A DNA stretch of 64,000 bases, taken from positions 32,851,014 to 32,915,013 of the forward strand of contig NC_068993.1 in the NCBI RefSeq assembly GCF_001194135.2, in the 5' to 3' direction. The first letter of the stretch is position 1. Each line of letters starts with the position of its first letter. Source of the stretch: Octopus bimaculoides. Its lineage: Eukaryota. The notes below the pieces were generated by a model. That model was not told the origin of the DNA. It was given only the letters and a program-made list of their open reading frames with translations, and ran no database searches. Shown one piece after another: positions 1 through 12,000 of this stretch. Position numbers and translations under genes: made by a program.

Positions 1-330
1 CCTGAGGCAATGGCCCATGTAATGAAGAACGACGAACTCACACCGCATGAGATGGCTACAGAGAGCAATGCACTTTCACCCTTGTGTATAGTGTAAATAA
101 AACTGTTTGAGAACCTGTGTTTTGCCTAAGACTTCTTTCCTCACCTGCTGGAGCCTTAAACAACACGAAGAACAAGAAGTTAATGGGAGAAGGCGATATT
201 CAGCCGATATCGAGAACCTTGCCTCCCATTATAACCTCAATATAAACCTAGAAAGCAGTTTCAGGATGTCATGAAAGGCAACCTTAAAACTTTGGGGATT
301 GAAATCTTGAAATAAAACTGAATAATTACA
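1..330 (+). mobile_element. Possible Penelope-like 3' relic with decayed hammerhead
   Basis: Stem I TTTCAGGAT (259-267)/ATCTTGAAA (304-312) and stem II AAGG-CAA-CCTT flank a mutated core (GTCATGA, AAAAC). Protein similarity is weak. Confidence 0.3.
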
Positions 331-353
331 TATGTATGTACATACATACATAC

Positions 354-384
<31 letters not shown>

Positions 385-570
385 CATTCATAAATACATA
401 CATACATGCATACATTCATAAATACATACATACATGCATACATTCATAAATACATACATACATACATACATACATACATACATACATACATACACACATA
501 CATACATACACACATACATACACATATACATACATACATACATATATACATACATATATACATACATATA
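330..570. repeat. (TACA)n/(TA)n microsatellite
   Basis: Direct inspection; the ORFs called here are artefacts of it. Confidence 0.95.
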
Positions 571-614
571 ATTAAGATTCAGTTGAATTAGATACTTAAA
601 TTGGTGCACCAAGA

Positions 615-1594
615 GGATCTTTCTGATTTGGCGGACACCACTTGTTTTCTTAACGAAACACTTTAAAACTTGGGACACTGGTAGAATGTGTCATATNNNN
701 NNNNNNNNNNNNNNNNNNNNNNNNNNNNNNNNNNNNNNNNNNNNNNNNNNNNNNNNNNNNNNNNNNNNNNNNNNNNNNNNNNNNNNNNNNNNNNNNNNNN
801 NNNNNNNNNNNNNNNNNNNNNNNNNNNNNNNNNNNNNNNNNNNNNNNNNNNNNNNNNNNNNNNNNNNNNNNNNNNNNNNNNNNNNNNNNNNNNNNNNNNN
901 NNNNNNNNNNNNNNNNNNNNNNNNNNNNNNNNNNNNNNNNNNNNNNNNNNNNNNNNNNNNNNNNNNNNNNNNNNNNNNNNNNNNNNNNNNNNNNNNNNNN
1001 NNNNNNNNNNNNNNNNNNNNNNNNNNNNNNNNNNNNNNNNNNNNNNNNNNNNNNNNNNNNNNNNNNNNNNNNNNNNNNNNNNNNNNNNNNNNNNNNNNNN
1101 NNNNNNNNNNNNNNNNNNNNNNNNNNNNNNNNNNNNNNNNNNNNNNNNNNNNNNNNNNNNNNNNNNNNNNNNNNNNNNNNNNNNNNNNNNNNNNNNNNNN
1201 NNNNNNNNNNNNNNNNNNNNNNNNNNNNNNNNNNNNNNNNNACCCTAAAACCCTAAAGCTAAAACCAGTACAAACGCACAAACGATGTCATAAATAACAG
1301 TACCTCCGATAGTTGTTGTTGACAAACAACAGCACTAATTTTATTCAAGGGAAAAGATCCCATTACACCGCCACGTCTTGTTGACAATCCACAGCAGTAA
1401 TTGTTTTCACCTCAATAGACGTCAGTGATTGGTTGAATATGACAATTTTTAACATGAAATAACTTTGAATATAAAATTTTTCTCTGTTCTATAAGACAAA
1501 ATATACAAGTATACGAAGTTTTAAAGTGTTTTGGTAGAAAACACACTAAATAAAAACTAAATAAAAAATGGTGTCCGCCAAATCAGAAAGATCC
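615..1594. mobile_element. Non-autonomous DNA transposon (MITE) with 26-bp TIRs and 8-bp TSD, spanning an N gap
   Basis: GGATCTTTCTGATTTGGCGGACACCA (615-640) has its perfect inverse at 1569-1594. CACCAAGA is duplicated at 607-614 and 1595-1602. Confidence 0.85.
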
Positions 1595-2685
1595 CACCAA
1601 GACAGTTCGGTATAGTCCGCACGGCTCAAAGCTAGGAGAACAAAAAGCAAATAAGTGACATGGATGTCCAGGTGTCAATGCATTATGGCCGTTTCAAGCA
1701 GCTCCATTTAACGATCAATGAAAGAAAACATTACATCAATTTGAAAGAAACCGCTCTCCTCAGTTGCAGATGACCATATAGATTTCCAACATAAAGGATA
1801 AACCATTTTTAGCAAATTTTTATCAGTATTAGAAACCAAAATAATACATTGTTTCCTTTTGTTATATTTGTAGCAGAATGAATTTAGAGAAAAATGTATA
1901 TCATCCTAATCCTACTATAATTTAGAGAATAGCAGAGGAAAATAGTTGGGGGTCAAGATATAGGAGTGGTGAGGTAGTTATTTATATCTATTTTTTATTT
2001 TATTTATAAGATTTTATGCAGAATATAGTCTACAACTATTTAGAATTAAATCTATTGGCTGTGTTCTAGTTGATGGTGAAAAATTAATTGTCATACAGCC
2101 TCCCAGACCCTTATTATACTAGGACCATATTTCTAGCTTTATCAACATAAAAGGATATGTCTCATAGTTGCTAGTGAGAGAATGACTGATGGAGAAGAGG
2201 TGATAACTAGAAGAAGGAAAGGTAGGGGTGGCTAGCACTTATTTAGATTATCAAATAAAAGGGGAATATAGTGAAAAACAAAAGAAGTAAAAGTAAGCTC
2301 TAACGGTGGGAATTAGAATTGAGGTATAGAGGATGTGTCATAACTTAGCAAAGTATTATTATATTAAATTTAGAAAAAATTTTTAGATCAATATAAGGGA
2401 AAAAAGATAGAAATTAAACTTAGAACTTAATAATGGGGTACTTTAATATATAGGAGAAAGTTCATAAGGCCTTTCTTAAGCATATTGTTAAGGTGGTCAT
2501 GTTAAAAACATTCCACAATGAGTTTATAAATGAATTAAATTACTGTCTATGTAGGAGTACATAGTATATATTAAATCAAAACAAGGATTATTCTCCTCAT
2601 TACAGGTGGATAAGTAAATGATATCTAAAATATAGAATCAATTGTAAGGGGAAATTAAATCAGAGATGTACTAAATCTATAATAG

Positions 2686-3066
2686 AGTTGTTGTTGTTGT
2701 TGGCACTCCGTCGAAGGTTCCAGTTGATACGATCGACGGAACAGCCTGCTCGTGAAATTAACGTGCAAGTGGCTGAGCACTCCACAGACACGTGTACCCT
2801 TAACATAGTTCTCGGGGATATTCAGCGTGACACAGTGTGACAAGGCTGACCTTTTGAATTACAGGCACAACAGAAACAGGAAATAAGAGTGAGAGAAAGT
2901 TGTGGTGAAAGAGTACAGCAGGGTTCGCCACCACCCCCTGCCGGAGCCTCGTGGCGCTTTAGGTGTTTTCGCTAAATAAACACTCACAACGCCCAGTCTG
3001 GGAATCGAAACCGCAATCCTATGACCGCGAGTCCGCTGCCCTAACCACTGGGCCATTGCGCCTCCA
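2686..3066 (-). mobile_element. Young tRNA-derived SINE with (AAC)n tail
   Basis: Pol III A box TGGCCCAGTGG and B box GTTTCGATTCC on the minus strand. Near-identical to the copy at 30578-30958; CpGs retained. Confidence 0.85.
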
Positions 3067-3201
3067 CTTATAATAGAGTACATGCGGAAGTAATAGCTAA
3101 ACTGATATGGGTGTGTATTATTCATTGAATAATACATTATTAAATGCTAAAACATAAAATAAGTATTTCTATATCGAGTAAACTTACATAAAAGAACTTG
3201 A

Positions 3202-3677
3202 AAAAATTTATTTATAAATTACAAGCACTATGGAAAAATTATGAAAGTATATAAGAAAGTATAAAAATATCACACATATATATATAAATTTATAAAGTTT
3301 ATGATATAAAGTGTAATTATAAATATAATATTGTATTATATTATACAGTGAGTATAAAATTCTTTATAAAATAAGTTTTGATATATAAAAAATATTTTAT
3401 CTTTTATTTTTCATTTTTTTAATATCTTATATTAATAAATTTCTATATTTCTATATACCCTCCTATATAGTTGTGTAGCTTCTACAGACTGTAAGAGGTT
3501 TATAATTTCTTTTCATAAAACTCACTGTATAATATAATCCAATATTATATTTATATTTATAATTACACTTTACGTTTCATAAACTTTATAAATTTAGATA
3601 TCTATGTGATATTTTTATACTTTCTTATATCCTTTCATAACTTTTTTATAGTGCTTGTAATTTATAAATAAATTTTT
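3202..3677. repeat. AT-rich foldback (inverted arms of about 155 bp)
   Basis: AAAAATTTATTTATAAATTACAAGCACTAT...CAGTGAGT is mirrored by ACTCACTG...ATAGTGCTTGTAATTTATAAATAAATTTTT. Confidence 0.8.
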
Positions 3678-3859
3678 ATTGATAAGTGACAATTCTGTAA
3701 ATAACAATAATAATAATTATAAGCTTAAAGCTTATAATCATTCTTGTAGTATGCTTGTCCTCAGTTTGCAGGTGTAAAAGTATGACAAAACAGTTGTAGT
3801 GATTTAAATAAAGAATGTCATTTATTCCATTATCTAACATTTACCTATATATGTATATA

Positions 3860-5522
3860 CTAGCTGGTGTACCCGGTAATTCCTGGAGGTAAAGATGTAT
3901 TGAAACGCCTTATTATTCTGATATATGAAAGCAATTTCATTATAACTGCCACAACAGGTGTATTTTCCGTCACAGAAAAGTACAAAAAAACTGCCAGCTG
4001 GAGAAGGGAGAGATTGTTGGAGGTTGACAAGAGAAGTTTTTGGAGGTTGGCGAGAAAGGTTGGCGGAGGTTGGCGAGAGGCAAAGATATTATTCTGCTTA
4101 GCGAAGGCATCTGGGAAATGTATAACTGCTGTCATTCACAGAAAAAACTATTGTTTTACCATGAGAAAAGCGCTGTTGAAGTGTCGAGTGAAATTTGGCA
4201 ATTGAGGATCGAATCCACGCTATGCCTGCATGAAGCCACTACAAATACGTTGTGGAATAAAAAATTTTATCTACTGTCATGGAAAAAGTGTAACTGTAAA
4301 AATGCAGAATTATCGGAGTAATGGGTATTCAAAAAAGTATGTATGTANNNNNNNNNNNNNNNNNNNNNNNNNNNNNNNNNNNNNNNNNNNNNNNNNNNNN
4401 NNNNNNNNNNNNNNNNNNNNNNNNNNNNNNNNNNNNNNNNNNNNNNNNNNNNNNNNNNNNNNNNNNNNNNNNNNNNNNNNNNNNNNNNNNNNNNNNNNNN
4501 NNNNNNNNNNNNNNNNNNNNNNNNNNNNNNNNNNNNNNNNNNNNNNNNNNNNNNNNNNNNNNNNNNNNNNNNNNNNNNNNNNNNNNNNNNNNNNNNNNNN
4601 NNNNNNNNNNNNNNNNNNNNNNNNNNNNNNNNNNNNNNNNNNNNNNNNNNNNNNNNNNNNNNNNNNTTATTTATATGTGTGTGTGTGTGTGTGTGTATGT
4701 ATATGTTTGTGTGTCTGTGTTTGCCCCCCCCCCCAACATCGCTTGACAACCAATGCTGGTGTGTTTACATCCCTGTAACTTAGCAGTTCAGCAAAAGAGA
4801 CCGATAGAATAAGTACTAGGCTTACAAAGAATAAGTCCTGGGATTGATTTGCTCGACTAAAGGTGGTGCTCCTGCATGGCTGCAGTCAAATGACTGAAAC
4901 AAATAAAAAAAAATAAAAAGTTCAAAACTGTGAGTAGTAAAATGCGGAATTAGATCGGCTGATCGTGAGAATCAAATATTGATCACTTCGCTAAAATCTG
5001 CAGGTGGTGCGGGTTATTTCCCTTGAGTTGTTTAAATAAAATATTAGTAATATGTAGTTGATAGAAGGAGCCATTGGAAGGGCCCTATTATCGATTTTTT
5101 TCAACAATCTAAGTATGTCACGAGGTTTCCAGACATGAGTTCTACTCACGTGTCAAATAAAGTATAAAAATGATATTGTCTGCAAAAATTAGAAATAGGA
5201 CACACAAAAAATCAATATTCAATGTAATCGAACATAAACAATGAAATGGGTTATTTCCCTTGAGTGCTTAAAAAATATTGTACAGATGCTATAGGTTATT
5301 TCCCTTGGGCGTTTAAAAAATTAGTTATATGAGGTAGATAAAAAGGTCCCTTCCAGGGGCCATATTATTGATTTTTTTCAACAATTCAAGTATGTCACAA
5401 GGTATCCAGACATGAGTTCTACTCATGTGTCGAGTTTCATCAAAATCAATAAAATGATGTAGGAGGAATTAGCTAACAATGCTACAAACAAACACACACT
5501 GATTTTCCACATATGTAGTAGA
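3860..5522 (-). mobile_element. Non-autonomous Helitron containing a nested SINE and an N gap
   Basis: Minus-strand 5' TC (TCTACTACATATG) at 5522 and 3' CTAG at 3860-3863 with a GC-rich subterminal segment. Inserted at an A^T site. Internal repeats GGTTATTTCCCTTG. Confidence 0.6.
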
Positions 5523-8056
5523 TAGGGCAGAGGTAAAGGACATGGACTGCACCCACTTTTGGTTATTTTTTTAAAAAATTTTCTACAGAAACTCATCTTT
5601 TTGACTGCAGAGATTTCAAATCTGCAAAAAAAATCTATATTTCAAAATTTTAAATTTCCACATGTTCTCTCTACAATTAGAGATCGGCACCTCTTGATGC
5701 AACTGTTCTCATTCATGTATATTACATGGCCATACCAGCACAATCTTCTCTGTTGTACACTGCATCTAATGCTAGTTTTTCTCTGAAATCACTTACACTG
5801 ACATTACCCATCCAGCAAAGAATACAAAAGCATGTACTACTCACCCTTAACATTTGCTGAATAAATAGTAAAATAAGTACAACACATCACACACACCTCC
5901 ATCCCCATATAATTACCATTCCTTCTTCTATTTCCATCATCTTCCCCTCTTCCCCACCAAATGCACACAGAAATACCCACATAACTCACTTAACCTTCGT
6001 ACTGTTGTACATCCATTAATGTAATATCGCCTGAAGAAATGAATCCATGAAGATGAGCAACCTGATGCCCACAGATACTACGGACTGCACTGTAATCATA
6101 CCAGGAATACGGGCTTTGAATCTTAAGAGACATGTGATTTGTGGAAATGCGTGTAGTGATGCATTAAATGTTTATAAATTCCATCCAAGGATTATTGTTA
6201 TTATTATTATATTTATCCTACATTATATCAGTTCAGCTTGATGCAACCCCGAAAAACTGGTTCACCAGTCAACATCATAAGACTGTGGCCAGAATAATGG
6301 AATAGGAACTTTATTTGCATATTCAAAACGTTTCCCATAAACAAATTTAAAAGATATATATATATATATATATGTNNNNNNNNNNNNNNNNNNNNNNNNN
6401 NNNNNNNNNNNNNNNNNNNNNNNNNNNNNNNNNNNNNNNNNNNNNNNNNNNNNNNNNNNNNNNNNNNNNNNNNNNNNNNNNNNNNNNNNNNNNNNNNNNN
6501 NNNNNNNNNNNNNNNNNNNNNNNNNNNNNNNNNNNNNNNNNNNNNNNNNNNNNNNNNNNNNNNNNNNNNNNNNNNNNNNNNNNNNNNNNNNNNNNNNNNN
6601 NNNNNNNNNNNNNNNNNNNNNNNNNNNNNNNNNNNNNNNNNNNNNNNNNNNNNNNNNNNNNNNNNNNNNNNNNNNNNTATATATATATATATATATGACA
6701 AGCTTCTGCCAATTTCTGTCAACCAAATCCACTCACAAGGCTTTGGTTGACCCACAGCTATAGTAGAAGACACTTACCCAAATTGTCACACTGAAAAAGA
6801 AAGTGAAAGGGGTATAGTGAACTTGCCATGGGTAGTGGAATATCCAATGTTTGGGATTCAGTCCTTCATCAGGGGGCAGAGAGAAAGAGAAAAAAGTCAG
6901 AGTTTACATCCTCTCAGCTTGTAAAACTGGCTGCAACTGATAATGGACACAGAATAACATGGGATGCTAATGTTAAACAGAAGTTATAGGAGAGGGTGTG
7001 CAGAAAGGAGGAAGAAAACGATGATGGAGTGAGTAGAGGTAAGTAAATACAGGAATGTTGCAGAGAGAGGGTGGAAGGGGGATTAAAAAGTGTAAAAAAG
7101 AATTAAGAGGAGGTGAAAGGATGAAAGGAAAAACATTCATTCATACTTGTTGGGAACATAGTGCCAAAATCAAATATGAGATGTTGCTCTTTTGTTTCCT
7201 GGAGAAGGTAGAGCAGTGGTGCAAGGCCATGCCACACTGATAAATCTGCAATAGAATGATTCACAGTGTTGAAGTGGGTCGCGACAGGTTGGCCTGGCAT
7301 ACATATATATGTGTGTGTGTGTGTGTGATTAGTATTTAGGGATAAATTGTATGAGCACTTGGGTGTATTCTGGATTCGGGTTAACCACATCTAGTAGTAA
7401 GGATTTACTTAGGGTGAACAATCCCACTGTAATTCATCTGATTAGTAAATCCTGGGTTTGCTTCTCTGGATTATGAACATTTTCAGGGGTGTAAATCCCA
7501 AACAATTACAATGAATACAGAGATAAGTATATCTATAGATTTTTTTGTTTTACAGTCAATTATACTGCATATTTGGTTAAAATATAACTGACTCGTATTT
7601 CTGCTGCATAGAGAACTAACAATTGCATTTTGCATCCTGCTATTTTCGACTATGTAACTTTATTCAAGGTCTGTTCACAGATATGGTCTGAAGCAAGCTG
7701 AGAGTACCAGTGTGTGGTTAATGTTATTTTGCTAAATTACAATGGTATTTGAGAGAGAAAAAGAAAGTGAGGGGGAGATCTAGAAACTTGATATAACTAT
7801 AAAAACTACTATGTGGTTGACCTCATCCTTACCTTAGATTTAAGTTTCTAATGTATCCTTGACCTTTAAGTAGGTCAAAGTGTATTTTTAGTTGGATTAT
7901 TATTTTGTGGTTTTCCAATATTTTGTTCTAAATGAGATTAAATTAAATCACATTAAATTCTATGAAAATATATGTGGTATGAAGAACTTATTAACAAGGA
8001 CAATTCGAAATTTTCTCTGTATAATAGTTTTATAATATATGCAGTTTCTACATCCA

Positions 8057-8522
8057 GGAGTGGCTGTGTTGTAAGTAGCTTCCTTACCAACCACATGGTT
8101 CCGGGTTCAATCCCTCTGCGTGGCATACCCAATGACTGGTGTAGCAGCACTATAGTCAACTGCTACAAAGGTAAATATGTTTGGAGTTATCTTCTACTAT
8201 AGCCTCGGGCTGACCAAAGCTTTGTGAGTGGATTTGGTAGATGGAAACTGAAAGAAGTCCTTCGTATATATGTGTGTGCTTGTGTCTGTGTTTGTCTCCC
8301 CTAACATCGGTTGGTGTGTTTACATTCCCGTAACTTAGCAGTTCGGCAAAAGAGACCGATAAAATAAGTACTAGGCTTACAAAGAATAAGTCCTGGGGTT
8401 GATTTGCTCGACTAAAGNNNNNNNNNNCAAAGAATAAGTCCTGGGGTTGATTTGCTCGACTAAAGGTGGTGCTCCATCATGGTCGCAGTCAAATGACTGA
8501 AACAAGTAAAAGAGTAAAAGAG
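8057..8522 (+). mobile_element. Abundant tRNA-derived SINE with internal microsatellite; further copies at about 4660-4915, 14990-15295, 19582-19965, 29311-29795, 50546-50940, 53040-53460, 54604-54985
   Basis: Shared head GGAGTGGCTGTGTGGTAAG...GGTTCAGTCCC and shared tail ...CAGTCAAATGACTGAAACAAGTAAAAGA across all copies. Confidence 0.9.
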
Positions 8523-8702
8523 TGAGAGTATCCGATATGCACAGAAACAATTGTTGTTTCCATCAATGACAATGGCCATAATAACAACACCAGCACCTTT
8601 ACCAAAACTGGCACCAACACCACCGCCACCTCCAATGAAGCCAAAACCAACAGTGCCAGTACCAGCAACATCAACACCAACAGAGATAGCACCACCAACA
8701 CA

Positions 8703-9059
8703 CGACCACAGAGATACATCAGTTGTTCCAGGAACTCATTCAAACAACACCTCTCCAACCACAGATCCTCCTTCAGGACACCGGAAAGGAGAAACGTCAT
8801 GTCATGAGCCAGCCGTGTATGGCAGCTGATAGACAATGGGATTCCATGCACAATATCATAGAGTATCCAAGAAGATCCAGGTCCCTACATAAGCGGGATC
8901 AAGTGCTGTAAATTATGCATAGAGGAACAGGCGAGGATCCTCAATGACTCTCTTGACCCAGGAACATCCTTAGCTCCAGAATGGAGGTTTTTAGACCATT
9001 TCAGGAAATTCCTGCTGTCCTATTGGAACCCACAGGATGGCAGGGTCACCAGCGATTGA
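8703..9059 (+). pseudogene. Degenerate Penelope-like element GIY-YIG endonuclease C-terminal region
   Basis: Hand translation: RYISCSRNSFKQHLSNHRSSFR...RVWQLIDNG...PYISGIKCCKLCIEEQARIL...FRKFLL, with two in-frame stops. Matches the PLE pattern YIG-x-FKxRxxNHxxSF...W...PY...CxLCLxEK...KFLL. Confidence 0.75.
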
Positions 9060-9161
9060 TAACCAAAGGGAGATAATCCACTTTGTTGACATTAAATAGT
9101 AAGGTCCTTTCCTCCTCCTTATTCTAGAGAGGCCACTCACTAGAGAGACCTTAAGCCAACA

Positions 9162-9235
9162 GGTTTTGGGATCTGATGATACACCATAAAGCTAAACCCT
9201 TTATGGATGTGAAACCTAAGGTAATCCCATAAACC
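9162..9235 (+). ncRNA. Type I hammerhead ribozyme
   Basis: Stem I GGTTTTGGGAT/ATCCCA(T)AAACC. Core CTGATGA (9173-9179) plus one extra T. Stem II ACACCATAAAG/CTTTATGG(A)TGT. GAAA at 9211-9214. Stem III ACC-TAA-GGT. Cleavage triplet GUA, cut after 9223. Confidence 0.85.
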
Positions 9236-10437
9236 GGCCTTATCTAACTTTAATATATACTGCTCTATAACTTAGAGTGTGCTTCTTTTTTCAGATTTAT
9301 GTTTTTACAAACAATATATATATATATATTTATATATAGTAAAATCAGTCCAAGTGAAGTTACTGCTACTATACCTTCTCACTCTCTCATGTTCAGCCAT
9401 AAATACTCATTCACTTGAATGATACACAACAACCATACATTATCCAATACATATACATGTACATATATCTATACAAATATTCATATACATATATATTATA
9501 CACACACTCACATATATGTATGTGTGTGTATACATAAATATATACACACACATCATCATAATTTAACATCCATTTTCCATGCTGGCATGGGTTGGATGGT
9601 TTGACAGAAGCTAGAGACTTTCACGGCTGCACTGAGGTCCAGTATCAGCTTTAGCATGGTTTCTATGGTTGGATATCCTTGCTAACACCAACCACTTTAC
9701 AATTTGTGCCGGGTGCTTTTTGCATACACCAGCACTAATAAGATTTCCAAATAACTTGCAGTATAGAAAAAAATCAGGGAAAGGTTGCAGGGAACACCAC
9801 TATGTGGGGGAGTATTTGGAAGAGGTGGGGGGGGGGCTTTACGTCAGAACAAAAGTTTCAAGGTGAGTGTAAGAGAGGATACAGACAGTGCATTAGAGGG
9901 GCAGTATGAGATGGGTAATTTCATAAGAATGTGAAGGGAAAATGACAGATGGTTTGAGAGGAGGTACAGGTAAATGTAGTGTGATGAACAAGGGAGCAGT
10001 ATCAGTGTGGAGAATGGATAAGGTGAGATTGAAGTGGCTCTAAAAGGACAATAGTTCAAAAGGTAGAGGGATGATATGCAAGGTGTTGTTGAGGGGGAGA
10101 TGTTACTTAGTGATTCCCTCATCACCACTTTAGCAAGTGTAGTGAAGGCTATGCTCTTGCCAATGAGGTCAGAATAATACCGAAATATGTTTGGAGTTAT
10201 CTCCTATACTTGCTGAAAGGACTAAAAGTATTGGTCAGTCACTAATATAGGTTGTTTTTGAAACCAAAGTAATAAAAGATACTGACATACTTAATTTAGT
10301 AAGTTAAAAAGTTTTGATTGAGAAAAATGTGCATCTGTGACAATGAGAGGAAAAGAATACAACTATTGTAGCAGAGAAGCGCAGGAGAAACAACTGGATT
10401 TAAATTAAAACGGGGCGAACATAACAGAGAGAGAGGA

Positions 10438-10469
<32 letters not shown>

Positions 10470-11099
10470 CGTAACAACACGTCTTATTTTTTCAAAAGTA
10501 TATCCCATGTTTGGTTCCACTCCAAAGAAATGGATACTTCAGTAGAGGGAAATCAAACAATATAGTACATGTATAAATGAACAAAGGCATAGTATAGCAC
10601 CCTTCGTCATAATTTTGTGTGTTGGATGGTAGGATTAATTACTATCTTCGTTTCAGTTCATGATAAAGAAAGTAAACGATAGAAGATATGTAACCGGACC
10701 CACCAATTGGGTCAAATAAAGAGAGAAAGGAGAGAGTTGCAATGTGTGAATGAAGAAGAGGAAGAGACAGAAATTATGAAACGTATGAATGAGAGAAAAA
10801 AGGAGAGAGAGAGAGAAAATGGAAACGTATGAATTAGAGTGTGTGTGTGTGTCAGTAAACGTGTGAGAGAGAGATAGAGTGCGTGTGTACATGAAAGTGT
10901 TGTGATTTTGTGGAGAGGAAAATATTTTGGTACAAAGAACTGTTGTTGCATCATCTGCTGTAAGTTATCTGTTGAAATATTGTCGTTGTTATTATTATAA
11001 TAATTATTATTATTAGTTTTGGTAATCTTGTGATGTTGGAAATGATATTGCTTGATGATAATTTGGTTGTATCAATATGTGATCAAACATGACAGGTTA

Positions 11100-12000
11100 T
11101 AATATATCTGTGTTCGTGTAAATGAAAGACAGAAACAAGCCGACCTTTATGGACGAACCGCATGTACATGTGTATGTGTGTGTGCAAACTAATATAAATA
11201 AACAGTAATCTTCAGACAACCTATAGAAACAAAGGTGAGAAGTTGAAGAAAACAGTATGTATGTCTTACGTAATTAAGGATCCTAGCTTAATGTGTTTGT
11301 GTATTACACGGGACGGAGCTGTATGTAAGGTCGAGTCTGGGTAGATGAGAAAAGAGAATGTGTTTAAGGCGAAAGTAAAGTATTAAACAGAGAAGAAAAG
11401 TAAATAGAGATACACGCACCGGCAACATTCAGTAAGTGATAATGACTTTAATTAGTAATCTGTTGATAACAATTGTTGCGTGAGATAGAAGAAACTAAAG
11501 TTCTGCTCACAAACACTTCTACCGGTTTATTTGGAAAAATTGTATTTAAACAGTGTTAATTGTGTATAGATGATTGTTGATAGAAAAAGCTTTCATTAAT
11601 AACTTATTTTGTTTTATTTTTCGTTGTTTATTTTTTGTCATATCGTGGTTTATTATTTAAGCTTACGTCGATACCTCTGTGGTGTTGTTTTACATTTATG
11701 ATTAAATAAATATATTCAAATTGTAAAAATATGAAAAAAATATACAGTACAGTACTGTTTCTACTTCGCGGGGGTGGAGTTGGAACGTAACATCCGGATT
11801 AAGGGATTAATCGCTTTAAATTACTTAACCTGAATCACTCAATAACTTTAACTGTTATTTAGGATATTTAGATGAGCGTGTCACTTTTCCTGTGACTTTT
11901 AGTTTTCCTGTGATTGTTTCCGTTCATAGATGTTTCCGAAGGAATAATCAGCTGATTTTCGGTATTTGTTTAGTCTTAGCTCAGTTCTGTTTAAATCTAC
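11100..12000. promoter_or_regulatory. Candidate CpG-retaining promoter region, possibly bidirectional
   Basis: Visibly more CG dinucleotides than the CpG-eroded flanks and no recognisable repeat. Outward-facing donor-like sites: minus-strand GTAAGA (plus 11264-11269) and plus-strand GTATTT (11962). Confidence 0.4.

Noticed and set aside
388-678. ORFs with YI/CV/HT/ER runs here and throughout the track, and ORFs spanning Ns
   Set aside because: They are translations of microsatellites or gaps.
1620-2650. Possible decayed PLE/LINE RT region (e.g. YVDKARNMVLV)
   Set aside because: Too many stops and no unambiguous RT motif by eye.
8380-8470. Direct duplication of a SINE segment around Ns at 8419-8427
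   Set aside because: Identical sequence flanks a tiny gap, the pattern of an unmerged contig overlap. The same is seen at 53100-53180.
8551-8829. Pro/Thr-rich mucin-like ORF
   Set aside because: It is low-complexity (CCA/ACA)n sequence running into the PLE relic in another frame.
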